Shown piece after piece: positions 9,876 to 19,192 of a DNA stretch of 64,000 nt. The notes below the pieces were generated by a model. The model was not told the origin of the DNA. It searched no databases and worked only from the letters and a program-made list of their open reading frames with translations. Location of the stretch: contig CAYRZH010000004.1 of NCBI GenBank assembly GCA_964428845.1, positions 3,228 to 67,227 of the forward strand, given 5' to 3'. Both the position numbers and the translations under genes were made by a program. This DNA is from an uncultured Candidatus Saccharibacteria bacterium. GTDB lineage: Bacteria; Patescibacteriota; Minisyncoccia; Phycocordibacterales; DATGWK01. Position 1 is the stretch's first letter, and the number at the start of each line of letters is the position of its first letter.

Positions 9876-10550
9876 ATGAGAATACTAATAATTGATGACA
9901 ATAAAGATATTAGGGATTTGGTAAAAATTGGACTTGAGGCGGAATCTTTCGTGGTAGATACGTCCCCAGACGGCGAAAGGGGTTCCTACATCGCGAGGAC
10001 AAATGATTATGATTTAGTGATTTTAGACAACGTTATGCCCAAAAAGCATGGGTATGAGGTTTGCAGAGAAATAAGAGATGCAGGAAAGAAAATGCCGATT
10101 CTTATGCTGTCCGTCCAGAGTGAAGTAAGAGACAAGGTCAGTCTTCTTAAATATGGTGCTGATGACTACATGACTAAACCATTTTCTTTCGAGGAGTTGG
10201 TGGCTAGAGTGCGAGCACTTTTGCGCCGCCCAGAGGAAATGAAAGGAGAAATTTTATCTCTTGGAGAACTCAAGCTCAACTCTAGGACACAAGAAGTGCA
10301 AAATGGACATAAAAATATCTATCTTACCAAAAAGGAGTTTTCCCTATTAGAGTTTCTTCTTAGAAACAAAGAACAGGTTGTGTCTCGAGGCCTTATCATG
10401 GAACATGTTTGGGACCTGGACGCAGACCCGTTTTCAAACACAATTGAGACTCACATTTTTAACCTGCGCAAAAAAATCGAGAAATCTAAGAAAGAAAGGC
10501 TGATATGGAATGTGCCCGGTCGTGGATACAAACTCGCCCCGATAGCCTAA
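9876..10550 (+). CDS. OmpR-family two-component response regulator
   Basis: N-terminal REC domain (MRILIIDDN...D54 region) followed by a C-terminal winged-helix domain. Confidence 0.85.
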   Translation: MRILIIDDNKDIRDLVKIGLEAESFVVDTSPDGERGSYIARTNDYDLVILDNVMPKKHGYEVCREIRDAGKKMPILMLSVQSEVRDKVSLLKYGADDYMTKPFSFEELVARVRALLRRPEEMKGEILSLGELKLNSRTQEVQNGHKNIYLTKKEFSLLEFLLRNKEQVVSRGLIMEHVWDLDADPFSNTIETHIFNLRKKIEKSKKERLIWNVPGRGYKLAPIA

Positions 10551-10559
10551 AGAACAATT

Positions 10560-11309
10560 ATGAAACCAGGGAAAAGAAGTTTTGATGAAAATAAAATGTC
10601 AGAACTTTGCCGACTTGCCGAGATAGGCAAGCTTTCCGGTGGGTTCGTCCATGATCTAGCGAACCACGTCTCGGTAATGTCTTTATCAATGGGTTATTTT
10701 GAAGAGAACCTTAGACATGAGAGCGAGAGAATTCGCAGACACACAAAGGAATCCGCTCGAGCACGAAAAAGTATGCAATATTTTGCAGACTCGATAAAAA
10801 GACACATGCGAGGAAAAGATATTCGTTGCTATTTTTCTCCCCACAAAAAACTCAACGATCTGATATTTTTATTCAAGTACCGAGGTGAAAAAGTTGGCGT
10901 TTCTTTAAAAATTGAGGGAGACGAATCAGTAAAGGGAGTACGCTTGTATGGTAGTCGCATACGTTTCAATCAACTTTTTTCCAATCTGATATCAAATGCT
11001 ATTGATTCTTTTGAGGAAACGTCGAAAGAAGATAAGGTTGTAAAAATAACCATTGAAACAAAGAATAAAATGGTTTTTATTCGAGTCTCTGATAATGGTC
11101 GAGGAATGAATGAAGTAACCAAAAAGAAAATTTTCGAACCATTTTTCACAACAAAAAGCTTTGGTAAAGGAGTAGGGCTTGGTCTGTCGACAGCGAAAGA
11201 GATTGCGGAAAAAGATTTTGGTGGATCAATTTTTACAAGAAGCGAGGAAGAAAAAGGGTCAGTGTTTACTGTCTCTATCCCTTTGCCCAATATCGTGAGG
11301 ATAAGATAG
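10560..11309 (+). CDS. cytoplasmic sensor histidine kinase (HisKA + HATPase_c, no TM sensor)
   Basis: H-box HDLANH and G1/G2 boxes (DNGRGM, GKGVGLGL). 249 aa. Located 10 nt after the response regulator. Confidence 0.75.
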   Translation: MKPGKRSFDENKMSELCRLAEIGKLSGGFVHDLANHVSVMSLSMGYFEENLRHESERIRRHTKESARARKSMQYFADSIKRHMRGKDIRCYFSPHKKLNDLIFLFKYRGEKVGVSLKIEGDESVKGVRLYGSRIRFNQLFSNLISNAIDSFEETSKEDKVVKITIETKNKMVFIRVSDNGRGMNEVTKKKIFEPFFTTKSFGKGVGLGLSTAKEIAEKDFGGSIFTRSEEEKGSVFTVSIPLPNIVRIR

Positions 11310-11352
11310 CAAAACACATAAAAACTAAATTTAAAAAAACAAGACTTTTGCA

Positions 11353-11399
11353 TAAAAAAGCCGCGCGCAGCTGTGGAGGCAACCCAGGTCTGCGCGCGG
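11353..11399 (-). terminator. rho-independent terminator (minus strand) closing a small GC-rich transcript
   Basis: Perfect 11-bp stem gccgcgcgcag/ctgcgcgcggc followed by T6 on the minus strand. Confidence 0.7.
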
Positions 11400-11549
11400 C
11401 GGAGGAGAGTATGAAAGAACTTCGAGTCAGATGTGGGTTCCAAAGCGAGAGGGGCCCGCACAGGAGTTGATGCCGGCCGCCCCTGTGCGGGCCCCGAATC
11501 GACCGTGCGAGAAGCAGAGCCCCCACACGATCTCGGAGAGGAACCTCAA
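11400..11549 (-). ncRNA. unassigned small structured RNA candidate (~150 nt) between two tandem terminators
   Basis: GC-rich with a 14-bp perfect hairpin ggggcccgcacagg/cctgtgcgggcccc. Bracketed by the NUDIX terminator upstream and a second terminator downstream, both on the minus strand. No ORF. Confidence 0.35.
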
Positions 11550-11596
11550 GAAAAAAGGGTCGCGCGCGGAAGCTGTGAGGACAACTACGCGCGACC
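11550..11596 (-). terminator. rho-independent terminator of the NUDIX gene (minus strand)
   Basis: Stem gggtcgcgcg/cgcgcgaccc followed by TTTTTT on the minus strand, ~100 nt after the NUDIX stop. Confidence 0.65.
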
Positions 11597-11700
11597 CAGA
11601 GAGATCTGTATCACGAATCTATTACAAGGATAGACCGGCCGGGTATTAATTGTCAACAAAGTTATTCGACCGAGCAAATAAGGTGTTACCGATCTTAATA

Positions 11701-12156
11701 CTATGGCTTTTTATATATCTCCTTACTTAAGTAGCGCTCTATCACTTTTCTGCTCGGAGGGAAAAGTGGTTCTGGGAGAGAGTCTAGAGAAAACCATTTC
11801 CATTCGGTAATTTCGTCCGGCTCTTTCACCTCCGGTTCGCTAACTTTTTTCGTATAAAGTAAACCTACCGTGACGAAGTGTGCATCGGGAACTATATCAT
11901 TTGTGAGACTAACAAGAGTCAGATCCTTGGGGTCAATCCGTATTCCAGTTTCTTCGAAGAGTTCTCTGACTGCCCCGTCTTCGAAGCCCTCACCGAAGTC
12001 GAGCTTACCACCAGGCATAGTCCATGTCCCCTCTCCATGCATGGCGCTGTCGGCTTTTTCTGGATCTGGATGGCGTCGTCCGAGAAGAACATTATTATCG
12101 TTTAAGACCATCACTCCAAAACCAATTCCCATTTTTTTCGGCTTTTCCATACACAA
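11701..12156 (-). CDS. NUDIX hydrolase
   Basis: Nudix box GGKLDFGEGFEDGAVRELFEETGI. Confidence 0.85.
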   Translation of the reverse strand: MCMEKPKKMGIGFGVMVLNDNNVLLGRRHPDPEKADSAMHGEGTWTMPGGKLDFGEGFEDGAVRELFEETGIRIDPKDLTLVSLTNDIVPDAHFVTVGLLYTKKVSEPEVKEPDEITEWKWFSLDSLPEPLFPPSRKVIERYLSKEIYKKP

Positions 12157-12189
12157 AAGTATAACAGACCGGCAATCTCAATCCTTGTA

Positions 12190-12217
12190 AAAACAAAACC
12201 GCCCGGTGGCCGGGCGG
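12190..12217 (-). terminator. rho-independent terminator of the small basic protein gene
   Basis: Stem ccgcccgg/ccgggcgg followed by a T-run on the minus strand. Confidence 0.55.
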
Positions 12218-12257
12218 CTCGTAGTCTTGATCGTAGATATTTGAAGTTAGTAGAAGT

Positions 12258-12425
12258 CTAGTAGTACGAGTAGGTAGGCTTCCGGAGTACCACATCGGGC
12301 TCACCGCCCTTGCGGATCACTCTGTCCACCAGTCGGCGATTGAGTCGGCGACGCTGCAACTTGAGCGATTTGCGAAACCCTGGGCACCTTTCGTGCCGAT
12401 TGATCTTTACCCTCGACAAACCCAT
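12258..12425 (-). CDS. small highly basic protein (55 aa), possibly a ribosomal protein (weak bL28-like resemblance; unverified)
   Basis: AGGAG RBS 8 nt before the ATG. Translation MGLSRVKINRHERCPGFRKSLKLQRRRLNRRL... is strongly basic, and the gene has its own terminator. The longer ORF-track start at 12500 lacks an RBS. Confidence 0.4.
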   Translation of the reverse strand: MGLSRVKINRHERCPGFRKSLKLQRRRLNRRLVDRVIRKGGEPDVVLRKPTYSYY

Positions 12426-12511
12426 GGTTTTTCTCCTATGAGATTGGCTCTCAAATCGTACCTCGATCTGGGATAATAACATCCTTGAAAATAAAGTCAA
12501 GTGGTCCGATT

Positions 12512-13000
12512 TTATACAAATACTCTACCACCAATCCCCTGCTTCCATAAAATCTCCTCTATTTTTCTTTTCCCTTCAAAATCAAGATCGTGTTCGACTG
12601 GTACTTTCGATTTAGAATTGTTGCTGATTGTTTTCCCTTCACCGACATAAAAACCTACGTGCCTATGACCACTAGAATCCAGTGATTCTCCCCAAAGGAT
12701 CACACTGCCCACGACTGGTTTATCGATGACTACCCATCCAGACTCTTTCATATCTTTTAGAGTGCCGTTCACGGTGGCGTGTATGCCTTTTATATATCCA
12801 AACATATGAAGAACCGCCGAGACGAAAAACGCACATGATAGATTTCCGTCTTCTGTCGCATCTATTTTCTTTCCCTCGAGATCTATGAAGAGATTGCGAA
12901 ACATATTGGACCCAACACTGTTTTTTATAACAGAAATATATGTATCAAAAGGGAGAGGGTTGGGTTTGACTTTTGGTGTTGAAGGAAGTTTTTCGGTCAT
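12512..13000 (-). CDS. papain-fold (CHAP/NlpC-P60-like) putative cell-wall hydrolase
   Basis: Cys in CAFFVSAVL and downstream His in GHRHVGFYVG, with spacing typical of CHAP/NlpC-P60 amidases. Confidence 0.45.
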   Translation of the reverse strand: MTEKLPSTPKVKPNPLPFDTYISVIKNSVGSNMFRNLFIDLEGKKIDATEDGNLSCAFFVSAVLHMFGYIKGIHATVNGTLKDMKESGWVVIDKPVVGSVILWGESLDSSGHRHVGFYVGEGKTISNNSKSKVPVEHDLDFEGKRKIEEILWKQGIGGRVFV

Positions 13001-13017
13001 GAGGCTATTTTAACATG

Positions 13018-13440
13018 CAAGAAAAAAGAGGGTGGCCTGGTTACCACCCCCGATCAGTCGACTCGGGACAAATGCCCGTTCTTCTCGGACAGTCTACGTG
13101 CCCGTGGGCAACACCCACCCGTTGTTTTCACATGGAGCATTGGCAAATCGTAGAGTTTGCGAAACTCCATGGATGCTGGCATTCATGTTCCTGGGGGTAC
13201 AACGGCAATTCCGTTCCTGCAACTTAGGCCTACTGGTCTGGAGGCTGTCTGCAGGACATTTCCAAGAACACTCGTCCCCTTCCCCAGATTTCTATTGTTT
13301 AACCTGAAGAAATCCGTTGGGGATCATCCTATTGGGCATCCCAGGTTCGTCAGGTTCCCTTCTTCTTGCCCATGAGCACCTCCTTTCTGAGTTAATAATA
13401 GCATTGGTGAAATTTTGGGACAAAGAAAAAGAAGGCTTTT
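13018..13440 (-). ncRNA. unassigned GC-rich structured region (~420 nt) ending in an intrinsic terminator
   Basis: No ORF of 60 aa or more on the minus strand. Begins with AGGAGGTG followed by the tiny ORF MGKKKGT-stop. GC-rich with many local hairpins. Ends at gggtggcc-tggttacc-ggccaccc plus T6 (13021-13048 on minus). Confidence 0.35.
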
Positions 13441-13441
13441 C

Positions 13442-14104
13442 TTATTTATTAAACACCAACCACTCCCCTTCGCTGACAACCTCCACATTTCCATCCTGCA
13501 CCTTTAGCGCAGACCGGTCATCCAGAGCGTAGATGGGTTTATTGATTTCCTTCGCTACTTCTTCGATAAATTCTTTTCTAATGTTCGGAAAGTGGGGCGA
13601 ATTGAGATGGGGTCTCACATAAAAATCGACTAGGTCGAGAGCCTTCTCATCCGCGTAACCAAAAGTTTTTTCGTAATATAGCTTTTTATCTTTACTGCTC
13701 AGGGTGAGTGTTGGATTTGTAACGATACTTCCCGCGCTGATACCCGCATACACTCTTGTCTTCAAAAGCTCTCTCAGGATCTGCTCGAGGCCGGATTTTT
13801 TCAACCAATTCATTAAATGAAAAGTGCTTCCGCCGGAGAAAAATAGGACGTCAGATGCCTCTAGCCTCGGCCGCCAAACCTCCACCGGAAGTGCAGAAAT
13901 ATCTATAATATCAACCACTTTGCATTTCTGTTTTTTTATATTAGAGAGGTCATCAATAAACCAACTCTTGTCACCCTTACCAACATTCATCGCGGTTGGT
14001 ATAAAAGCAATCGTCGTTTCAGAAGCAGGCTTGCCGACCAGATCAAAAAGAGCTTTTGCAATCGACTGATTGGATAATCCATTTGATGTTAAGAGAAATT
14101 TCAT
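13442..14104 (-). CDS. peptidase S51 family (dipeptidase E/cyanophycinase-like)
   Basis: S51 fold pattern (FFSGGSTFHLMNW...GISAGS). I chose the start at MKFLLTS (14104) so the gene does not overlap the upstream ABC transporter stop at 14122. Confidence 0.6.
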   Translation of the reverse strand: MKFLLTSNGLSNQSIAKALFDLVGKPASETTIAFIPTAMNVGKGDKSWFIDDLSNIKKQKCKVVDIIDISALPVEVWRPRLEASDVLFFSGGSTFHLMNWLKKSGLEQILRELLKTRVYAGISAGSIVTNPTLTLSSKDKKLYYEKTFGYADEKALDLVDFYVRPHLNSPHFPNIRKEFIEEVAKEINKPIYALDDRSALKVQDGNVEVVSEGEWLVFNK

Positions 14105-14121
14105 GGGCTCATTATATAAAA

Positions 14122-15885
14122 TCACGACACAAAACCATTTTTCTGCTGATCCCACATTTTCTTGAATATTCCTGAAGAACTCTTGAGAAGTTCCTGTGGA
14201 TTTCCATTTTCCACCACAACCCCATTTTCTAAAACGACAATTCGATCCATTGCCTTAAGAGTGGAAAGGCGATGTGCGATAGCGATCACAGTACGACCGG
14301 CAAAAAGACTTGTCAGGGCTTCCTGTATGAAGTTTTCACTTTCAGTATCAAGGGAACTTGTAGCTTCGTCCAAAATCAAAATTGGGGCATTTTTAAGTAT
14401 GGCCCTGGCCAGAGCGATGCGTTGTCGCTGACCACCTGAGAGCTTTATTCCTCTTTCTCCCACCTTAGTATCATACCCTTGAGGAAGATCTTTTATAAAT
14501 TCGTGAGCATTGGATTTTTTACTAGCTTCCATAACCTGTTCATTCGTTGCATCAATTTTTGCGTATTTAATATTTTCAAAAAGACTGCGGTGAAAAAGTG
14601 AGGTGTCTTGGGGAACGTAGGATATTAACCCGTGAAAGACATTTAGATCAAAGTCTTGAATTGGAATACCCCCGATAGCAATACTTCCTGCGCTATAGGC
14701 ATGCTGCCTGAGCAATAATTTGACAAGGGTACTCTTCCCCACTCCAGAGGCACCGACAATTCCAACCCTCTCCCCATCTCTCACAGACAAAGAAAAATCT
14801 CTAAACACAGGGAGATGAGTTTTTGGATATTGGAAATTTACATTTTTAAATTCCACAGAATATTTTTGTTCTGGAATATCCGATACATTTCCACCAAGGA
14901 GATACTCCTGTCGTTCCCGTAAATGACCGATAGCATCAGATAGAGTACCGTATTGCCGAGAAGTTCCCATAACAATTTCGCCAAATGACCAGATAGTACC
15001 CACAAGAGATGGAATAACAGCAGAAACTAAGACAAAATCACCTACAGAAAATTTGCCTTCGACAAACAAAACAATACTTACAAAGACAAGAGAAGTTCCT
15101 AAGAGCACCAAACTTATACCGTTTTGAAACTTATCCAGAACAGAGACCCATCTCATCTTTCTTTCGGCCCTTACAACCTCTCCTGTTACCTCCTGGTTTC
15201 TGGACTCCTCATGAGAAATCCCCCCGAATGACTGGACTAACGAGATATTACTCAGAGTGTCAACAATATTCCCACTGAAATGTGCGTGAGTTGTCGCTAC
15301 TTTTTCAGAGGTTTTCCGGTGCCAGACCAATATGGGTACCGAGGACAAAATAAAAAAGGCCGACCACGCAAGAAAGGTTAAAAAAATATAACGGTGAGTA
15401 GAGCTCAGGACAATAGCAGCCATAATCAGTGACATAAAAACCCACCCGGCGCCCCAACAGGTTGACTCGATAAAATAGACAGCAGACGAACTTGCTTGTT
15501 CGATACGTCTCCCCAAATCACCCGAAAACTTATTCTCGAAGTAAGAGGTTGGTCTTTTGATCAAACCTTTATACAAAGATGTCGACAAATGTCTAAAAAC
15601 ATCTGGGACAAGATAGGTTTCGATGATATGACCGGTTCTAAAAAACAACTCTTGAAGTAAAAGTGCCAAAACGAGCAGGAGGAAAGGGCTGAATAGATCC
15701 GAAAAAGATACTAGTCCAGAATTTTCTACAACTTTATCGACTACAACCTTCAGAAAAAGAGGTAGAGAATATGCCATCACATTCCCCAAGATTATCAGGA
15801 CAAGCATTGCAAAAAACCTCTTTTTATACGGAGCTAGGGCAAAGACAAAAGTTTTTAAGGGAGACTCTAGGTAATTATTTTTCAT
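14122..15885 (-). CDS. ABC exporter, fused permease/ATPase (MsbA-like)
   Basis: Six-TM domain followed by Walker A GASGVGKST, signature LSGGQRQRIALARA and Walker B ILILDEATS. Confidence 0.85.
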   Translation of the reverse strand: MKNNYLESPLKTFVFALAPYKKRFFAMLVLIILGNVMAYSLPLFLKVVVDKVVENSGLVSFSDLFSPFLLLVLALLLQELFFRTGHIIETYLVPDVFRHLSTSLYKGLIKRPTSYFENKFSGDLGRRIEQASSSAVYFIESTCWGAGWVFMSLIMAAIVLSSTHRYIFLTFLAWSAFFILSSVPILVWHRKTSEKVATTHAHFSGNIVDTLSNISLVQSFGGISHEESRNQEVTGEVVRAERKMRWVSVLDKFQNGISLVLLGTSLVFVSIVLFVEGKFSVGDFVLVSAVIPSLVGTIWSFGEIVMGTSRQYGTLSDAIGHLRERQEYLLGGNVSDIPEQKYSVEFKNVNFQYPKTHLPVFRDFSLSVRDGERVGIVGASGVGKSTLVKLLLRQHAYSAGSIAIGGIPIQDFDLNVFHGLISYVPQDTSLFHRSLFENIKYAKIDATNEQVMEASKKSNAHEFIKDLPQGYDTKVGERGIKLSGGQRQRIALARAILKNAPILILDEATSSLDTESENFIQEALTSLFAGRTVIAIAHRLSTLKAMDRIVVLENGVVVENGNPQELLKSSSGIFKKMWDQQKNGFVS

Positions 15886-15963
15886 GACGTGATAGAAGGA
15901 TTATATCAAAGGATCCCCTCCATACCCATGAAAAAACGGGGTCAATTTTTTTACTTCACTTTA

Positions 15964-16389
15964 CTATCTTCCCTTCACCTCAAAGAAAAACAAATACTCC
16001 GCCGGCTCGATCTTCACACCAGCTCGCGTCGTTGGTTCAGTTGCAACCAGGGTTATCTGTTCCACTTCAGTGGTGATCGGCATACCAAGCTGAAATATTT
16101 GCTCCACTGGACCCGATCCGAGCCCACTTTCGAGCATCGCTCGCACTCGCACGGTGCCCGCCTGAATACAGAAAACATCTAACGGACAACGACTATCTTC
16201 AATGACCTCCTTAGGGGTTATTTTCACCCCAAGCGCGCGGCCAGTCTCGCCGAGATTGAGCTCGAGCAGGCCATTCTCGTTAAGTTGCGAGGGGATCGTG
16301 CCAGGACTCGGACCTAGACTCTGCACAACCACATAAAGGACCGCGACGATCAGAAAGATAACCAAAACAAGCCAAAATATTTTTTTCAT
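15964..16389 (-). CDS. hypothetical secreted/anchored protein
   Basis: 141 aa with an N-terminal TM/signal segment MKKIFWLVLVIFLIVAVLYVVV. Confidence 0.45.
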   Translation of the reverse strand: MKKIFWLVLVIFLIVAVLYVVVQSLGPSPGTIPSQLNENGLLELNLGETGRALGVKITPKEVIEDSRCPLDVFCIQAGTVRVRAMLESGLGSGPVEQIFQLGMPITTEVEQITLVATEPTTRAGVKIEPAEYLFFFEVKGR

Positions 16390-16495
16390 ATGGTTATGAT
16401 ATCAGTTAAATTGTTTGCCAAATACACTGATTTAGACACAAAAAAGGCGCTCGACTTGCGGGCGCCCAGGAGTTACGGGATATAAAGAAGATTTC

Positions 16496-16741
16496 CTAGT
16501 CGATCAATTCTGCCAGACGATCTTCGATCTCAATGCACCCGTAACCTACCGCCCAAAAAAATGCCGCAATCACAACCATAAGCAGTGAATGGGAGATTGG
16601 GGCGAGGCCGCCTACCCAGAGACGAAACCCGATAGACAGAGCCACACCAGCGCCCACGAATCCTCCGATCATTGCAATCACGACTATTACGTAAATGGCG
16701 CAGTCCGCAAGATCCTTAAACCAATCAAAAAGACAGGTCAT
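16496..16741 (-). CDS. small two-TM membrane protein
   Basis: 81 aa, two hydrophobic helices. Confidence 0.4.
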   Translation of the reverse strand: MTCLFDWFKDLADCAIYVIVVIAMIGGFVGAGVALSIGFRLWVGGLAPISHSLLMVVIAAFFWAVGYGCIEIEDRLAELID

Positions 16742-16912
16742 TTTATTATCCTTTCTCTGGGGGATTATACGGGCGGAGGGGAAAGAAGCAAATAGCCCCC
16801 AGACAAGCCTTTTTTGGCTCCCTTGACAACCTTATCCCAATATGCTACTCTTAAACGCGACGGCAGGCTCGTGGCTTGTCGTCATTTCAGTCTCAAATGA
16901 AAGGAAGAGTGC

Positions 16913-17584
16913 ATGAAGAGTCTCTGCCCCATCCTGGCTCTGGCCTGTCTTTCCACCCTGTCCGCGCTCCCCGCCCCGGCGAACGCCCAGTCAAACCAGT
17001 TCTCGACTTCCTCACAGTTCGCCGTCGACCCGAGCTTCAACTCGGGGATGGCGAGTGGTTCCGGCGGTGGCTCGAACGCCATCGTCATGAACCTCTCCTC
17101 GAACACCGATCTCTACATCGACCCGATCGCCGAGGAGGCCTACCTGAACGCCAGCGTGTACGTGAGCGGCGTCTGGGGCAACGTCTCGACGGTGAGCCCG
17201 TACTACAGCCACCTGGAGTACCCGGGGCTCACGACCTACAGCTCGCTCGCTCTGACGACTGTGAAGTGGAACGGCACCTTCTTCGAGTTCGATAACCCGG
17301 TGGAGCTGAACCTGAACGGGTTCGCCGGCTTGAGTCGCGATCCCGAACACACCTGGCTCTATGGGTATTCCTACGCGAATGCCTACGGTGAGGGTGCGAT
17401 CCCGATCGATTCGTCGAGCTGGTACCACATCTACGAGCCCGGGCACCCGAACTGGCTCCCGGACTGGGAAGTCACGTTCACCTCGCGGTGGCTCGTGACG
17501 GAGAGCTTCGGCCCGATTCCGACGCCCGGCTCGCTCTGCCTTCTGGGCCTCGGCGGTCTCGTGGCGCTGCGCCGGCGCCGCTGA
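16913..17584 (+). CDS. secreted protein with a C-terminal PEP-CTERM-like sorting tail; GC-rich, likely horizontally acquired
   Basis: Signal peptide MKSLCPILALACLSTLSALPAPANA. C-terminus PTPGSLCLLGLGGLVALRRRR (Pro-x-Pro, then a TM segment, then an Arg cluster). Own TTGACA promoter near 16823 and a GC-rich terminator near 17622-17660. GC is far above neighbouring genes. Confidence 0.6.
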   Translation: MKSLCPILALACLSTLSALPAPANAQSNQFSTSSQFAVDPSFNSGMASGSGGGSNAIVMNLSSNTDLYIDPIAEEAYLNASVYVSGVWGNVSTVSPYYSHLEYPGLTTYSSLALTTVKWNGTFFEFDNPVELNLNGFAGLSRDPEHTWLYGYSYANAYGEGAIPIDSSSWYHIYEPGHPNWLPDWEVTFTSRWLVTESFGPIPTPGSLCLLGLGGLVALRRRR

Positions 17585-17680
17585 CTCCAGCCAAGTTCTC
17601 ACAAGTTTCGAATACCTGATCTTTTCGAGGCCCTCCGCGCACAGCGTGGGGGGCTTTTTTCTTTTAAAATGTAGACTTCG

Positions 17681-18472
17681 TTACGATAACAATACTCCAC
17701 CGTCGACCACGATCTGCGAACCAGTCATATAGCTAGAAAGATCAGAGGCAAGGAATAGGGCTGCCCGACCGATATCATCCGATTCCCCCATGCGCTTCAT
17801 GGGGATTTTTTCCATAAATTTTTTCAAAATAGCTTCTATTTCGGGTGTTGCTGGTGCACCAGCTCCGGTACCAGGTGTACTGATTCCACCAGGAGCGATA
17901 GCATTCACTTGAATATGATGAGGAGCAAGCTCGAGAGCAGTATTTTTTGTAAACCCCCAGAGACCGTGTTTGGAAGCGTCGTACACGGCAAGGCCAACTG
18001 ATGAAGGATGAAGTGCGTCAATAGATGTAATATTGATGATTTTTCCGCCCCGATTCTGCTTTATCATCACCTCCCCTGCCGCCCTGGTGAACAAAAACAC
18101 ACTTTTCAAGTTGACCGCCAATACTTTCTCAAAATCAGCTGGGGTCATCTTCATGACGGGTACTATGGGATAAATACCAGCATTGTTGACGAGAATATCC
18201 AAGCCACCATACGTTTTCACCGCAAGACCAGTCGCCGCACTTACATCAGCCTCCTCCGCAACATTAGTTTTTATAAATGTAGCCTTATAACCACGGTCAT
18301 TTAGTTGGGCGGCAGCTTTATTGCCGACCTCTTCATTGATATCAGCAATAACAACATTGGCTCCCGCCTCGGCCAGACGATAAGCGATACCGAAGCCAAT
18401 GCCCATAGCGCCACCTGTGACGATCGCCGTTTTATTTTTGAGACTTATGAGCTGTGCGATTGGTGTTTCCAT
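17681..18472 (-). CDS. SDR-family NAD(P)-dependent oxidoreductase
   Basis: TGGAMGIG cofactor motif and YxxxK active site (YDASKHG). Confidence 0.85.
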   Translation of the reverse strand: METPIAQLISLKNKTAIVTGGAMGIGFGIAYRLAEAGANVVIADINEEVGNKAAAQLNDRGYKATFIKTNVAEEADVSAATGLAVKTYGGLDILVNNAGIYPIVPVMKMTPADFEKVLAVNLKSVFLFTRAAGEVMIKQNRGGKIINITSIDALHPSSVGLAVYDASKHGLWGFTKNTALELAPHHIQVNAIAPGGISTPGTGAGAPATPEIEAILKKFMEKIPMKRMGESDDIGRAALFLASDLSSYMTGSQIVVDGGVLLS

Positions 18473-18525
18473 TTTTATAATTATTTAACTATTAAATTAT
18501 CGGATTATTTTTAATCATTATTTAA

Positions 18526-18918
18526 TTATTCAGTGGTTTTGCCGTCGAAATGCTCTGTATCAGCCTCTGCGGCAGCCTTTGTCTTATGGATCACCCCGTC
18601 ATGGTGATGGGGTGGCATATAGAGAGTGTAAAGTTTCATGGGCGCTTCCCCGGTATTGATGATGTTGTGCTTCGTCCCCGCCGGCACCACAACAACGCTT
18701 CCATCTGTTATATCGTGGCTAACCCCACTCAAAATCGCTCTTCCCAACCCTCTCTCTACACGGAAAAACTGGTCCACATCATGCACCTCCTCACCGATCT
18801 CTTCATTGGGCAGGAGCGACATCAGGACAAGCTGGCTACTCTTGCTAGTGTATAAAACTCGCCGAAAATTATTGTTTTCAAGCGACATTTTTTCAATATT
18901 TGTCACATAACCTTTCAT
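18526..18918 (-). CDS. cupin domain protein
   Basis: Cupin motifs (G(X)5HXH-like HDGVIH and PAGTKHNIINTGEAP). Confidence 0.7.
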   Translation of the reverse strand: MKGYVTNIEKMSLENNNFRRVLYTSKSSQLVLMSLLPNEEIGEEVHDVDQFFRVERGLGRAILSGVSHDITDGSVVVVPAGTKHNIINTGEAPMKLYTLYMPPHHHDGVIHKTKAAAEADTEHFDGKTTE

Positions 18919-19018
18919 GGGTATATTCTAGCAAAAACAAATAAAAAAAGGGGTGTATGAGTGTTATTTATTTCACTTGTTCTGTCTGGCCTTCTTTAGT
19001 TTTCATAGATCAGAGCTT

Positions 19019-19192
19019 GTACTCCTTTATATACTTTTCGACTGCTTCAATATCAACTAGCTGATGGTCTCCGTCTAGCTCTTTTTTATATGCAACCAGA
19101 TCACGTGGATGCAGGAGCACGACGTCGATCCCCTCAACATCCATATGCACGGGCTCAAATTTACGGTAATGATCCTTTGGCATTAGCTATTC
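19019..19192 (-). CDS. 57-aa ORF directly downstream of the minimal nucleotidyltransferase gene (possible split or frameshifted C-terminal half)
   Basis: Translation MPKDHYRKFEPVHMDVEGIDVVLLHPRDLVAYKKELDGDHQLVDIEAVEKYIKEYKL. Overlaps the nucleotidyltransferase stop by 6 nt in another frame. Not in the ORF track because it is under 60 aa. Confidence 0.25.

Noticed and set aside
11618-11656. TTGACA-N18-TATCCT promoter on the minus strand just upstream of the NUDIX terminator
   Set aside because: It would give a transcript terminated within ~40 nt. It is more likely a chance match, and the hairpin belongs to the NUDIX gene.
13360-13400. UGA recoding (genetic code 25) suggested by the tiny MGKKKGT-UGA ORF
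   Set aside because: Long ORFs elsewhere in the window are intact under the standard code and use TGA as a terminal stop, so there is no evidence of in-frame TGA sense codons.
16876-17602. Overlapping ORFs 16876-17295 (+), 16882-17106 (-) and 17012-17602 (-) in the PEP-CTERM cassette
   Set aside because: Frame-shifted or antisense shadows of the GC-rich gene 16913-17584, which alone has a promoter, RBS, signal peptide and sorting tail.
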